In this document: positions 34,901 through 47,631 of the stretch, piece by piece
How positions within the stretch are numbered: the stretch's first letter is position 1
Layout of the letters: each line of letters opens with the position of its first letter
From: Macrostomum lignano
Taxonomy: Eukaryota
Assembly: GCA_002269645.1 (NCBI GenBank)
Contig: NIVC01001021.1
Location: 62,001-126,000 of the forward strand
Direction: 5' to 3'
DNA length: 64,000 nucleotides
The notes under the pieces: model-generated
What the model was told of the DNA's origin: nothing
Database searches by the model: none
The model's input: the letters and a program-made list of their open reading frames with translations, nothing else
Position numbers and translations under genes: made by a program

Positions 34901-37900
34901 ATCTTTGTTGGGGAAGTTAACTATTTTGTCTTAGTTGTTTTCTATTTATTAGGAAACAGAAATATTTCTACGGTTAATTAATTAAGGGCTGTTAGAAACT
35001 TCCAACCGTTTCCATTTTTTAATTGTAGTTTTCTGTATTTCTAACAAATAGAAATTTCCCCCAGTTTCAGAGAAAATCGTTACTTTTCTATTTTTTTTCT
35101 GTCATATTTTTTCTACGCTTTCGTAATTGTTTGTTTGTTGTAAATAAAAAGCAAAAAAGCAGAGCCCCATGAATGCTGGATGTTTTTTTGTAGAAGTTTT
35201 TATTCAGACAATATTTTTATCCAAAAGAATATTGTAACTGATATTCTTTAAAATTGGGCTACCTTGTATTTCACATACACAGACTGGGCGATTATGAACA
35301 ATGTTAGTCTTCATTTATTTAAAAATCATATCATAGATGTATTATTTATTGTCTAGTCACTTAGTATATTGAAAATTCTGTTAAGCTACTCACAATTCAG
35401 TAGTATAAACAAAACTGAAAGACTAGAGAATAGAGACAGGTTGGGCCATAGACAAATCCCAAATCGGGCCTTAGGGTTGAACATCTAAGCTAAATTTACA
35501 AAACATTATATTTTAGCGGGTTGATTAACATTTCAAGACGCAAAGAGTGTACATGTCTTACAGTGAGAAAGTCAGGGCCGCTCTGTACACCCTGCCTGCA
35601 CAGCGGAATGATCATAACTTAATCAAAATGGCCTGCTTGCTTGCTTTTTTGCAAGGACTTCTAGACTAGCAGGACGTAAAACTCAAAGATCGTGTAAATT
35701 TTTAGGAGGACGATTTCCTGGAAAAAATACACTGCGGAGATAGGAGCAAATCATTTTTTCATCACAAAATCAATGATTGCATTTGATCTAAGGCAGCTAA
35801 GATAACCATTCTTTTTATTTAGCACGCACAACATGTTACTCTATTATATTTTAATGTAGTTGTGTCTTGAAAGTTTCATCTTCATATTATTTTCTTTTTA
35901 TTTCATAAGCCCCAAGTTGCAAAATACTCACAAGTGGCATTAGCCGAACTTTGTATTTTTCCTTTTTAAAATCAAGTATATTTGCAATAAAAATGCTGCA
36001 TTACGGTACTATTAAGCCATTATTGTAGGTATAATTCCATTTCAATGTAGTAACTATACTAATAGACCTGTCTATGTAGTTAAATATATAAGGACAATAT
36101 TTACAATATGCCCCCACCATTTTCATTTTTCTTGTTTTACCTAGGCCTCAAGTCTTTAGAAAGCTATCAGTTTTTTAAGCTAGACCTGCATATATAGGAC
36201 CAAGAATATAGTCATATAGACCTAGGCACAAAAACAAGCTCTAACCATTTTTACTAAGTAGGCCTATCTATAATATAAGAAATATTCTAGATTTTTTTAG
36301 TATTTAACTTTTAATATTATTATTATTATTATTATTAAATTGCAAGTTTTATAGGTTAAAATGTGTTAATAAGAAATATATTTGCATTAATAATTAACAA
36401 AATAAATAGATTAGTCATTAGAAAAGGTAAATGTTAAATAATAGTTTAAGAAAAAGGAATTTGTTAAAATAGTTTTATATGTGTACTATTTTAAGTTTAA
36501 ATTACTTTTTTAGCTAAAAATTTACATCATATAGTAGTAAAACTTCTAATTGAATTTTTGTACCTTTTGCTTATGTATTAGCTTTTTTTTATGTTGACTT
36601 ATATATTAAAATACAATTGACAACCTTTGATAATATTTATTTTTGCATTAACCCTGAACAATTAAATTCTTTATATTTCAACATATTTTGTTTCAGCTGC
36701 CAGCAACAAGCCTCAATTGCCACTGCCTGATTTTCAGCCTACATTCTGAGCTTATCTACTAGCTGTGTATTGGCCAATGCTTCATGTTTGATCAACCTAA
36801 TGATTGCATTATGGCATTCCATGTCCTGCTCACTTGTCACAACTCAGTGACCTAGCCTGCCACCCAAAAAGCTAGGCAGGCTGGTTGGTTTTGTGCTGGC
36901 AATTGGTTTGGTTGTCAACATACAGAAGATTGCTGTGCTCTAGTAACCAGACAACATCAAGCTTTGAGGCTATTCTACTGTGCACTGCATTCAAGATGAG
37001 CAACTGCAGTTCTTTAACTGCTTGCTGGCTGACACTAGCACTTCAAGACTCATTGGCACTACCTTAATTTTTGCTGGTGATGTCTTTCTTATAAATAACT
37101 CAAAGTTAATAACTTCTCTTTCACCTTAGTAAATAAAAAAGACAAGACTTTTTTTCATTTCAAATGAATTTTATTTTGTTTCACAGATCTGAAATGTGAA
37201 CTTTCAACTGTTTTGACTTGCAAAGAATGTAAGATGTAATTTATAATATATATACAGTGCATTGAAACATTAAAAGAGCAATGTATAGATACATTCTTTA
37301 TACATACTGATGTAGAAAATAGAAAATGTTCTTTGTTTTTGAATTGGTTTTTTGCAATGTTTGATGTTTCAGAAATGGAAAAATAAACCAGGCACAAAGA
37401 TGCACAGCTCATAATATGCAACTGCAAGGGCAAAATTGAGTAAATATTTTGTATGACATGGTACTTGTATCTATGAAGTAAATCAAAAGTAAATCAGAAA
37501 AGTAAATTTAAATACTGTAAAGGCTTGGCTTAATTTGGAGGTCGAAATATGAGTATAATAACCAGCAGTGTAGTGTTAAGTGTTTACCAGGCATAGCATG
37601 CCTGGGCGCAACCTAGGGATTCACCCGGCCGTTTCTATTGGCAACACACACATGTAAGTTGCTATTGGATGGAATAGTAGTCACGTGACTGTTCTCAGCC
37701 AATAGCGACTTACATGTGTGTTGCCAATAGAAACGGCCGAGTGATTCCCCAGGTTGCGCATGTATGCGGCATAGAATTTTTTTGTGGAACTAACAGTGCA
37801 GTTGGATTGTCATGGCCATGTGGAGTTTTATGCACGGGGTTAGTGAGGAGCACTACATCCAGGCAATGCGTGGGCGGCCTTAGCTCCAAAGGCTGCGCAA

Positions 37901-40900
37901 CTTGTAGCTAAACTAAACAGAAAAGCAGATATCAGTATTTAAAAAGAGAAAAAATTGGCAAATTAGCAAGTACCATGAAGCTTATTTGCTTCAATTAATT
38001 TTGCACAGTCGGCCTACAGTGGCTGAAATTGGACTATCTATCAGACTCAGTCTTGCCGCACTATACCCTTAAAACATTAGTCAGCTTTCTTGAGATGTGG
38101 CATAGCAGATCAGGTTCAATGGCATGTCTATGAAGATCGCATCCTACATCGCTAAGACCACTAAAGTGAGACCTCAATGTTATGTGGGGTGAAGGACATG
38201 GGCATTGCTTCTCAGTGTGCAGTTCCCGCTGGCCAGTTATAGATATAGTGAATTCCATTTCCAATGCTCAGTTGCAGCTGCCAGATGAAAAATGATTAAC
38301 AATCAGGTGGGCTCCAAATTCTTTCCAAGGTTGGCACCAGGCTCTACCAGCATGCTTGAGATTGCTTTCCATGGCCTCCAATTGAGACTATTGCTCTAGT
38401 TGATGTTGGAAGCCCAAAAATGCAAAACTTTGACTTGAGTGCTGCAATGATGAGCAATAGGCCTAGTGCTGGAGTCCATCCACCACACTAAAATGTTGGT
38501 AGGTATGGGCAATGGTAAAATGAGAAATTTTGTCTTTTCATTGGAATGAACTTTCCTAAAAGGTTATACCATAAATTTTGCTACAAACTATGCCATCATA
38601 AATTTAGGGAAACTAGCCATGTAAAAGGTAAGGATATATCATCTTTTGCCCCAACCACATTGACCCTTGCTTTTTACTAACCCTTATCCATATATTAAAA
38701 AAACAACATTTAGAAAATTTACTCACTTGCTAAAGTCAAATGTAATGAAGACCTTGTGGTGTCAGGAAAGACACTTTGTGGATCACTTTAATTGGTATCC
38801 AAAAGTATATCATCTTGTGCAATGGCATTTTAGCAGGTTGATGCTTTGCAAAAATTTCCACTGAAGTCAGATAGGCACTGGAAAGATCAAAGGATTAAGT
38901 ATGTCAAATACAATGCTAGACATAATTTATATCATAAGGAAATCTGTTTGAAATCTAACAAGATTAGATTTTGCAGCCTTTTGTCTAAAATGGTTGCTAG
39001 TGTAAGTTACTACCAAAAATTTAATTGGCATGATAACTATCTATCTATTAAGATAGATGATAGGATAATATATTGGTACAAAATACTTATAGTAAAATTA
39101 AAGATTATTGAATAAAAATGTAACAATTAGACATCTAAGTACTATTTAGTATTTGGATTAGACCCTAATAGCCAAAATCTAAGTTATTAAATAATACTAA
39201 TTAAAAAATCATATTTACCTATAAAAAATAAAATTAAAACTGAATATAGATAACTAAATTAATAAACAAATTTTAAATTAATACTAAAAACTAGATTTTC
39301 ATTGTCAATTATTAGAGCCAGCTTAGTTTTATAAATAGATATAAGGTAGTAAAATGAATAGGCCTAAATATTCCTAGTTTCAAAGCTTTATGAGTGCAAT
39401 AAGGCCTAGGCCTAGTTTCAATAGTAAATAAATGCTAAAGTTAAGATAAATGTGGGCATGCAGTATTGTATTACCCATTTTTTAGTTTATAATAAAAGAC
39501 CTATCATAATAATCTAATAATTAGGCCTATCATGCTTGGGTGCAACCTAGGGATTCACCCGGCCATTTCTATTGGCAACACACATATATAAGTTGCTATT
39601 GGCTGAGAGCAATCACGTGACTACTATTCCATCCAATAGCAACTTACATGTGTGTGTTCTGTGTTGCCAATAGAAATGGCTGAGTGATTCCCAAGGTTGC
39701 GCATGTATGAGGCCTATGATTCAAATATGATATGAAATATACCATTACAAACTAAAATTGCAATTTTAAAGGTATTATATTCAACAAAATATATAATTCA
39801 AGGAAGGTAAACCTAAACCAGCTGGGTGCTAGGCCTAGTTTATATAGTATAGTGTATTCAAATTTGCAATAAAAAATTAAAAATCTAAGCCTAATTAAAA
39901 GTGTAAAAACCTAGAAAAAAGGTTAGTGCCCATTTTTGTGACTAGGCCTAGGCCCTAACCATTTTTTTCTGTCTGGCTTTCAGGTAAAAACTGATAGCTT
40001 TCTAAAGACTTGAGGCCTAGGTAAAACAAGAAAAATGAAAATGGTGGGGGCATATTGTAAATATTGTCCTTATATATTTAACTACATAGACAGGTCTATT
40101 AGTATAGTTACTACATTGAAATGGAATTATACCTACAATAATGGCTTAATAGTACCGTAATGCAGCATTTTTATTGCAAATATACTTGATTTTAAAAAGG
40201 AAAAATACAAAGTTCGGCTAATGCCACTTGTGAGTATTTTGCAACTTGGGGCTTATGAAATAAAAAGAAAATAATATGAAGATGAAACTTTCAAGACACA
40301 ACTACATTAAAATATAATAGAGTAACATGTTGTGCGTGCTAAATAAAAAGAATGGTTATCTTAGCTGCCTTAGATCAAATGCAATCATTGATTTTGTGAT
40401 GAAAAAATGATTTGCTCCTATCTCCGCAGTGTATTTTTTCCAGGAAATCGTCCTCCTAAAAAGTTACACGATCTTTGAGTTTTACGTCCTGCTAGTCTAG
40501 AAGTCCTTGCTTTTTTGTTGCCCTTGATTTGCGGCAGCGGCCAAAAACCACTAACTAGATAAAAACAAATTCCAACTGAATCGCCCATCTCCCCAGGAAG
40601 ATGATACGCAAATTGCTGAGCAAACAAATCAAACGGCAGGTGCCACAGTTATGGTTGTTGATGAGCAACAGCAGGCGGTTAGTGACAATGACGACAGCGA
40701 CCGGGATACTGTTGGCGATGAGCACTGCTGCTCAGATTTTGGGAATGATGCCGATGATGACGTGTCCGGTACGTTGGATTAATTTTTGTGGTCTTTGTTC
40801 AGGCCTGATTTAGTGAAGTCTTTGTTTAAACCAGATTTTCCGAGTGAAGTCTTTGTTTCAAGCTCGATTCTCCGAGTAAAGTCTTTGTTTCAAGCCGGAT

Positions 40901-43900
40901 TCTCCGAGTGAAGTCTTTGTTTTAGCACGATTCTCCGAGTGAAATCTGTTTAAGCCCGATTTTTTTCGAGTGAAGTCTTTGTTTATGTTCGAATTTTCGA
41001 GTGAAGTCTTTGTTTAGGCCGATTTTTCGATTGAAGTCTTTGTTTAAGCCCGATTCTCCCAGGGAAGTGTTTATTTAAGTAGTTCAACGCTCACAATTTC
41101 AGAGCGACTCCCTCAAGCCGACGACAACATAGCGCCAGCTCTGTACACTGCGTCCAGCATTGACAGCCTGGACCTGCTGGCCGCAGTCAACAGGCCGCAG
41201 CTTCGCCAGCAAGAGGACCCCAGCAGCTTGTCATCCACGGTAGACCATTACCTGGCCGCCAGGCTGGCCGGGGACGAGAGCAGCGAAGATTTCTCAGATC
41301 TGGTGCCGAATTCTTCGGACAAATTCGGATTCTCTGATTCCGAGTCTTTGTCCTCCTCTCTGTTGGACTCAGCTGTTGGCGGCGCCTCCGGAGAGGTGAG
41401 TTGGTTTCTGGCTTCATCTGCGAGTCTGTGTCTGTTGCGAACTGGGCTATTTGGGACTCTGCACCGGTGTCTGCCTCTCTACCTTTCTGTCCGCCTCTCT
41501 GTCTCGCTCTAAACCTCTGTCTACCTGTCTATCTCATCTTCTATTTCACTGTCTACCTCTATATCTCATCTTCTATTTCACTGTCTACCTCTCTATCTCA
41601 TCTTTTATTTCACTGTCTACCTCTCAATCTCCTCCTCTATTTTACTGTCTGCCTCTCAATCTCATCCTCTATTTCACTGTCTGCCTCTCAATCTCATCCG
41701 CTATTTCACTGTCTGCCTCTCAATCTCATCCGCTATTTCACTGTCTGCCTCTCAATCTCATCCTCTATTTCACTGTCTGCCTCTCAATCTCATCTTTTAT
41801 TTCACTGTCTACCTCTCTATCTCATCTTTTATTTCACTGTCTACCTCTCAATCTCCTCCTCTATTTTACTGTCTGCCTCTCAATCTCATCCGCTATTTCA
41901 CTGTCTGCCTCTCAATCTCATCCGCTATTTCACTGTCTGCCTCTCAATCTCATCCTCTATTTCACTGTCTGCCTCTCAATCTCATCTTTTATTTCACTGT
42001 CTACCTCTCTATCTCATCTTTTATTTCACTGTCTACCTCTCAATCTCCTCCTCTATTTTACTGTCTGCCTCTCAATCTCATCCTCTATTTTACTGTCTGC
42101 CTCTCAATCTCATCCTCTATTTCACTGTCTGCCTCTCAATCTCATCCTCTATTTCACTGTCTGCCTCTCAATCTCATCCTCTATTTCACTGTCTGCCTCT
42201 CAATCTCATCCGCTATTTCACTGTCTGCCTCTCTATCTCAGCTTATACCTCACTGTCTACCTGTATTTTACTCTATATCTATATCTCTTGATATGTCTGC
42301 TATCACTCTACAAAGCGATTATGTGATAATATCCTGAAATTATTTTACCCTAGCTATTTTGTACTTTGTTCAAAGTTATTTTCTTCAGCTGAACAAGAAT
42401 TTTAATTGTACTATCTATATTTACCTTCAACACCTTAATTTCAACCTTTATTAACTGACTATTGCGCACCTCCAGAGGCGGCCATCCATCCGCTGGATTA
42501 ATCTGTTAGGCGACAATGCTCCCGCGGTCTTTGTACGCTTAAGCAGTATATTGATTGACGTTTGAAATAACAGTTTCAATACGTTTCTTAATTAAGCTTG
42601 CTTGATTTGCTGTGTGTTTTAACTTTTAATCTGCTTTTAACAGTCCCTTTTAACTATAGCCATGGCATCTTAGAAACTTTCTTTGAGCAATTCATTCCAG
42701 TGTGGGAATTATAGCCTAGTGGTTAGAGCGTCGGACTCACGACTGAAAGGTCGGGGGTTCGATTCTCGACCCACTCGGAAACAATTTGTGTCCTTGAGCA
42801 AGGCACTTAACTCTGCATTGCTTCAGTTCACCCAGCTGTAAAATGGGTGCCAGCATTAGCTGGGGTAATTGAGGGTGTGTGGCGACCCCCCAGTCCTTGG
42901 ACTGAACAGCCGTACGCAGCCTTCAGATGCGCCGCGCAATAGCTGCGGCTGAGCTGTCGGTTGCACATCTGGCCCAATTGGGGCAGGTGTAATCAATTAT
43001 TATTATTATTATTAATAAACCTTAAGTTCAAAAATTTAATTTTGTCTAGCAACTTTTTATTGACAATATTTTACCTAACTTCAACTGTTAGTAGTCATTA
43101 AGTAGAAAACATTTCATTTCTATCTTTGGACAAAAGATATGACGTCATTTTTCTGTTCCGCAGGGCAGCTCAACCAGCATCTGCGGAGTGTGCTCAAAGA
43201 AAGTCTACCCAATGGAGATGGTGACCACTAATGGCGTGGCCTATCACAAATTCTGCTGCAAATGTTCCAAGTGTAATCGAGTTCTCAGGTAAAAATATGT
43301 TATAATTCTACTTTGAGTAGCAATTCATTTTAATGTAAAGTTCAAATCTCTCTGAAATGTAGCGTTGGAAATTTCGGAGTTCTGTCCGGAGCTCTTTACT
43401 GTCAGGTGCATTACACTGACGCTGTTCGATTGCAAGGTAAATTCCAGCTCAATTTATAACCTGCTTTGCGCTTATTTCTACTGTTAGTAGACTGGGTAAG
43501 ACCATCTAATAATAAGAGCTTTGAAATTTCTCTTTACCTTTCAGATGCGCCTTTAGATAAAAAATCTGCTAATCTGGATAATTCTGAACCAACCGAAGTA
43601 AGTTTTATCTGTCACTCTCAGTTTTTATCTGTCACTCTCAGATTCATTTCTGTCACTCTCAGATTCATTTCTGTCACTCTCAGATTCATTTTTGTCACTC
43701 TCAGATTCATTTCTGTCACTCTCAGATTCATTTCTGTCACTCTCAGATTTATTTCTGTCACTCTCAGCTCGATTTCTGTCACTCTCAGCTTGATTTCTAT
43801 CACTCCAAAGTCCTACTTCTGTCACTCTTGTGTTAAATATTACTGTTTCAATGTTTGTCCATCAGTTAAATTTCTGTTTAGGGAGTTGTGTGCTTTTTAA

Positions 43901-46071
43901 TTCTTTCATTCATCAGCTGCCTGTCACTCACAGACTGTCACTCTCCCTCTCATCCACCCCGCAGACGGCGGACCCGATCCGAGGCCGCTTGAAGCGCCGA
44001 ACGAGCCAAGCAGATGAGCTGCCGCCGCCCGGCATTTCTAAGAACATTTTGAACTTCTTTCACGGCTTGGAGCAGCAATCGTCGGTGCAGAAGCAGCAAA
44101 AACTTCCTCCAGTACCGCAGCAGCAGCAGCAGCAATCCGCTGTGGGCAACAACAGGCTGTCAGTTTGTACCGATGAGTCCACAACGCCTAAGCTGGTTTC
44201 CGTAAGCTGTGGCGCTTTTATATGCCACAATTCCAGAATGGAGCTTTTCTCCTGTTCATATCTTATTAGCTTAAATATTTCTCTTGCACTCTCCTTGCTT
44301 CTTTCTGCCCTCTTCTCTCTCCTTTTATCCCCTCCTCACCCTATGTCCTCCACTCTCTACCCTCTCCTCCCCCTCTCTACCCTCTGCTCTCCCCTCTCCC
44401 CTCTTCTCTCCACTCTCTACCCTCTAATCTCCCCTCTCCACCCTCTACTCTCCCCTCTCCCCTCTTCTCTCCACTCTCTACCCTCTAATCTCCCCTCTCC
44501 ACCCTCTACTCTCCCCTCTCCCCTCTTCTCTCCACTCTCTACCCTCTACTCTCCCGTCTCTACCCTCTCCTCTCCCTCTGCCCTCTACTATCCCGTCTCT
44601 ACCCTCTCCCCCTCTCTCTACCCTCTCCCCCTCTCTCTACCCTCTCCTCTTCTCTCTACCCTCTCCCCCTCTCTATACCCTCTCCCCCTCTCTCTACCCT
44701 CTCCCCCTCTCTCTACCCTCTCCCCTTCTCTCTACCCTCTCCCCCTCTCTATACCCTCTTCCCTTCTCTCTACCCTCTCCCCCTCTCTCTACCCTCTCCC
44801 CTCTCTCTACCCTCTCCCCCTCTCTCTACCCTCTCCCCTTCTCTCTAACCTCTCCCCCTCTCTCTACCCTCTCCCCCTCTCTATACCCTCTCCCCTTCTC
44901 TCTCTCCTCTCTACCCTCTCCCCCTCTCTCTACCCTCTACTCTCCCCTCTCCCCTCTTCTCTCCCCTCTCCACCCTCTACTCTCCCCTCTCCCCTTTTCT
45001 CTCCACTCTCTACCCTCTACTCTCCCGTCTCTACCCTCTCCTCTCCCTCTGCCCTCTCCCCCTCTCTCTACCCTCTCCTCTTCTCTCTACCCTCTCCCCC
45101 TCTCTCTACCCTCTCCTCTTCTCTCTACCCTCTCCCCCTCTCTCTACCCTCTCCCCTTCTCTCTCCCCTCTCTACCTTCTTGACCTCCCAGTACTACCCT
45201 CTGCCCTCTGTCAATCAGAAGCACTATCAATCAACTTGTTTAAGGTGACCCTTTCCTACAAAAACTGGAGAAATATCAGTTAATCTGATCTGTCATTTTC
45301 ACAGCCAACTTCTCCGGCGCCGCCTGTGGCAGTGACCGCAGTTGTTTCGGAGCCGCTCGAAGCCTTAAAAAACGACCAGCCAACAGCGGACGATCCCAGC
45401 AACAAAGACTGCCTGCCCGAACAAGGCACAGCCAAAGCTTTGCTTAATTTGTGGCGTCAGAAGGAGGCAGCTGGAACTCTGGGAGGATTGGCGTCCAATT
45501 ACCCCGCTGCTGACTTGAGAGGCGGCGGAAGAAGAGGCTCTCTAGTGAAATCCCTTGGATCGGCGGCCACGACTGATGTAGTTAAAGTAAGTAGACTTTC
45601 TAATTGGCCCCGTGAGTTCGGTTTGGAAAGCAAGTTTTAGTAGATTGGAATTCGGATTTGAGTAGGGTCGGATTCAAGTTTGAGTAGGGTGGGATTCGAG
45701 TTTGAGTAGGTTGGAATTCGAGTTTGAGTACGATGGGATTCGAGTTTGAGTAGGGTGGAGTTTGAGTTTGAGTAGGGTGGAGTTTGAGTTTGAGTAGATT
45801 GGAGCTGCCCCCAGCCAACAACACCAAATCGATGCTGCGTCTTTGGCGCCAAAATTTCGATCAATCTCGCGACTCAGCGCGAACATCGTCGGACACCGAA
45901 GCCCGGCTGCGGTTCGGACAGCGCTCGTTTCGACAACCGAAATTCGAAGTTCGGGACGACCCAGCTGACAGCGGCGAGGTCGACGGTCAGCGACTGCTGG
46001 AGGCCAGGGGTCGGGGCGAACTGCCTCCGGAAGGAATGGCAAAGAATTTGCGAGCCCTGTTTAGCAACTGA
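31915..46071 (+). CDS. Large Pro/Gln/Ser-rich protein with one LIM domain (LIMA1/EPLIN-Xin-LIMD2 type). Exons: 31915-~34435, 40559-40768, 41103-41395, 43164-43288, 43363-43436, 43545-43597, 43965-44201, 45305-45611, 45815-46071.
   Basis: Spliced LIM domain reads CGVCSKKVYPMEMVTTNGVAYHKFCCKCSKCNRVLSVGNFGVLSGALYCQVHY. Phases are compatible from 40559 onward. The join of the 2.5-kb first exon (donor 34436 GTAATG, phase 1) and the last junction are less certain; the first ORF could be a separate gene. Confidence 0.75.
37597..37766. mobile_element. Palindromic MITE, copy 1 (CAT...ATG termini, 8-bp TSD; P-like)
   Basis: Long imperfect palindrome; TSD AGGCATAG/CGGCATAG (7/8 match). Confidence 0.85.
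39531..39709. mobile_element. Palindromic MITE, copy 2 (same family)
   Basis: Perfect 8-bp TSD AGGCCTAT at 39523-39530 and 39710-39717; arms homologous to copy 1. Confidence 0.88.
40810..41070. repeat. ~30-bp minisatellite (TTCTCCGAGTGAAGTCTTTGTTTAAGCCCGA-like), LIM gene intron
   Basis: About 8 imperfect copies visible. Confidence 0.85.
41510..42265. repeat. 32-bp minisatellite (CTCTATTTCACTGTCTGCCTCTCAATCTCATC)n, LIM gene intron
   Basis: Directly visible. Confidence 0.93.
42704..43013 (+). mobile_element. tRNA-derived SINE with a conserved central domain and (ATT)n tail
   Basis: A box TAGCCTAGTGGT (42712) and B box GTTCGATTC (42757). Central GTGTCCTTGAGCAAGGCACTTAAC..CACCCAGCTGTAAAATGGG resembles the V/Meta-type SINE domains. 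A second copy lies at 46296-46615. Confidence 0.9.
43608..43812. repeat. 21-bp minisatellite (TCTGTCACTCTCAGATTCATT)n
   Basis: Directly visible. Confidence 0.92.
44310..45180. repeat. CT-rich low-complexity repeat (CCCTCTCTCTACCCTCTCC-like)
   Basis: Directly visible. Confidence 0.9.
45640..45797. repeat. 22-bp minisatellite (GAGTTTGAGTAGGGTGGGATTC)n filling the last LIM intron
   Basis: Directly visible. Confidence 0.85.
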
Positions 46072-46295
46072 CGGCTCATTGTGGGATCAGGGATCGGTTT
46101 GATCTTTTGTAGCCATGTAATGGACTTCTAAATCTATAGATAGTATCTGGACTGGGATACTCGTAATTGTGTGCATTGATAACTTGGCTAATTTCTTTTT
46201 CATGTAAAATAGAGCCAAAGATCTCTAAAGATAGTGTCTAGACTGGAATTGTCCTTGAAGGGAGTTCAAAGACTTTTAAAGGTAGAATTTGGACT

Positions 46296-46615
46296 AATAA
46301 TATAATAATAATAATAATTGATTACACCTGCCCCAATTGGGCCAGATGTACAACCGACAGCTCAGCCGCAGCTATTGCGCGGCGCATCTGAAGGCTGCGT
46401 GCGGCTGTTCAGTCCATGGACTGGCGGGTTGACACACAGCCTCAATTACCCCAGCTAATGCTGGCACCCATTTTACAGCTGGGTGAACTGAAGCAATGCA
46501 GAGTGAAGCGTCTTGCTCAAGGACACAAATTGTTCCAGGTGGGATCAGGAATCGAACCCCCGACCTTCAATTCGTGAGTCCGACGCTCTACATGTAATCA
46601 CTAGGCGACAACCCC
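46296..46615 (-). mobile_element. tRNA-derived SINE, second copy, inverted relative to 42704-43013
   Basis: Reverse-complement match across the whole element, including the B box and tail. Confidence 0.9.
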
Positions 46616-47631
46616 CTTTGACTAAATTTGGCTTAAATGTACAAAATGGCCAAGGACTTCAAGGGATCAGCCTCTGGACTGGAATTATCTTTAGGCGATG
46701 CCAAAGACTTCTAGAGGTAGCATCTGGACTGGAGTTATTTGAAGTCAATGCCAAAAAGTTGTAAAAGAAAATATCTGACAATAAAATAATTTTCCTGTCT
46801 AAATCTTTATGGAGTTGATTGAACTAAAGGAATGACTACTTTATAGATTTTACTGCGTTCTCTTGCATCATTTTTAAACGTCATTGTAGCTATCCAATCC
46901 AGGTCATTCAGAAGTCCATGCACTGTCTACGTGTAGATATCCAGATATCCTTGTGTTGTCATTCCAGTTCTGTCTGCTAAACTTTTCTATAATTTAATCT
47001 CGTATTTCATGTGAACCTCAGAATTAACTTTTCACGCGTCCTTTTCTCTACTATGAGTAGTATAACACAGAATCATATCATTTTACCAATAAAAATAATG
47101 GAAAAAACTTTTGTGCCTCTTTTTTAACAGCTTTGAATTAACTTGCTGATATTCCAGATCATATTTTTCTTGTAAACATTTTGTACACAAAGAGACCACT
47201 GCCTGCTCATTGCCAACTTCTATAAATGCGTTCTATTGTGGTGAATTTGAATCTAGAGTTCGAATACTTTCACTTATTTTTTTCATATTTTTGTCTCGAT
47301 ATTTTTACTTCCCAATAGAATTATGGCGGTGCCCTGAAGATGCTAATGTTATCATGCTTTAGTTATTTAATAATGACTATATTTAGTATATTAAGATAAT
47401 TGGGACTATCGCTCATAATTCCAGTTAGTATTTTATCATTTAACTTCCTGCGATCATGCATCAGATTAATCCTGTTTATTGTGTTCCTACAATAAACGGA
47501 TAATTTCAGCACTTGCACCGTTTTATCCACAGTTCTTTTCTGTGGTTTTATCTTTTATTCCGTAAAAAAGTATTAATAATTTTTTTCAGTGTTTGCTTTT
47601 ATTTATCTATATATTATACACTGTGTGTTTG

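Larger units (their letters stand above)
35652..40509. mobile_element. 4.86-kb non-autonomous DNA transposon with ~524-bp TIRs and an 8-bp TSD (hAT- or P/Galileo-like foldback), inside the first large intron of the LIM gene
   Basis: 35652-36175 is a near-perfect reverse complement of 39986-40509. Termini CAAGG...CCTTG; TSD CTTTTTTG at 35644-35651 and 40510-40517. No intact ORF inside. Confidence 0.9.

Noticed and set aside
38440-38500. Minus-strand VVDGLQH resembling a ParB/Srx DGxHR motif in the TIR element interior
   Set aside because: It is short, interrupted by stops and has no supporting motifs; a tBLASTx or HMM search would be needed.
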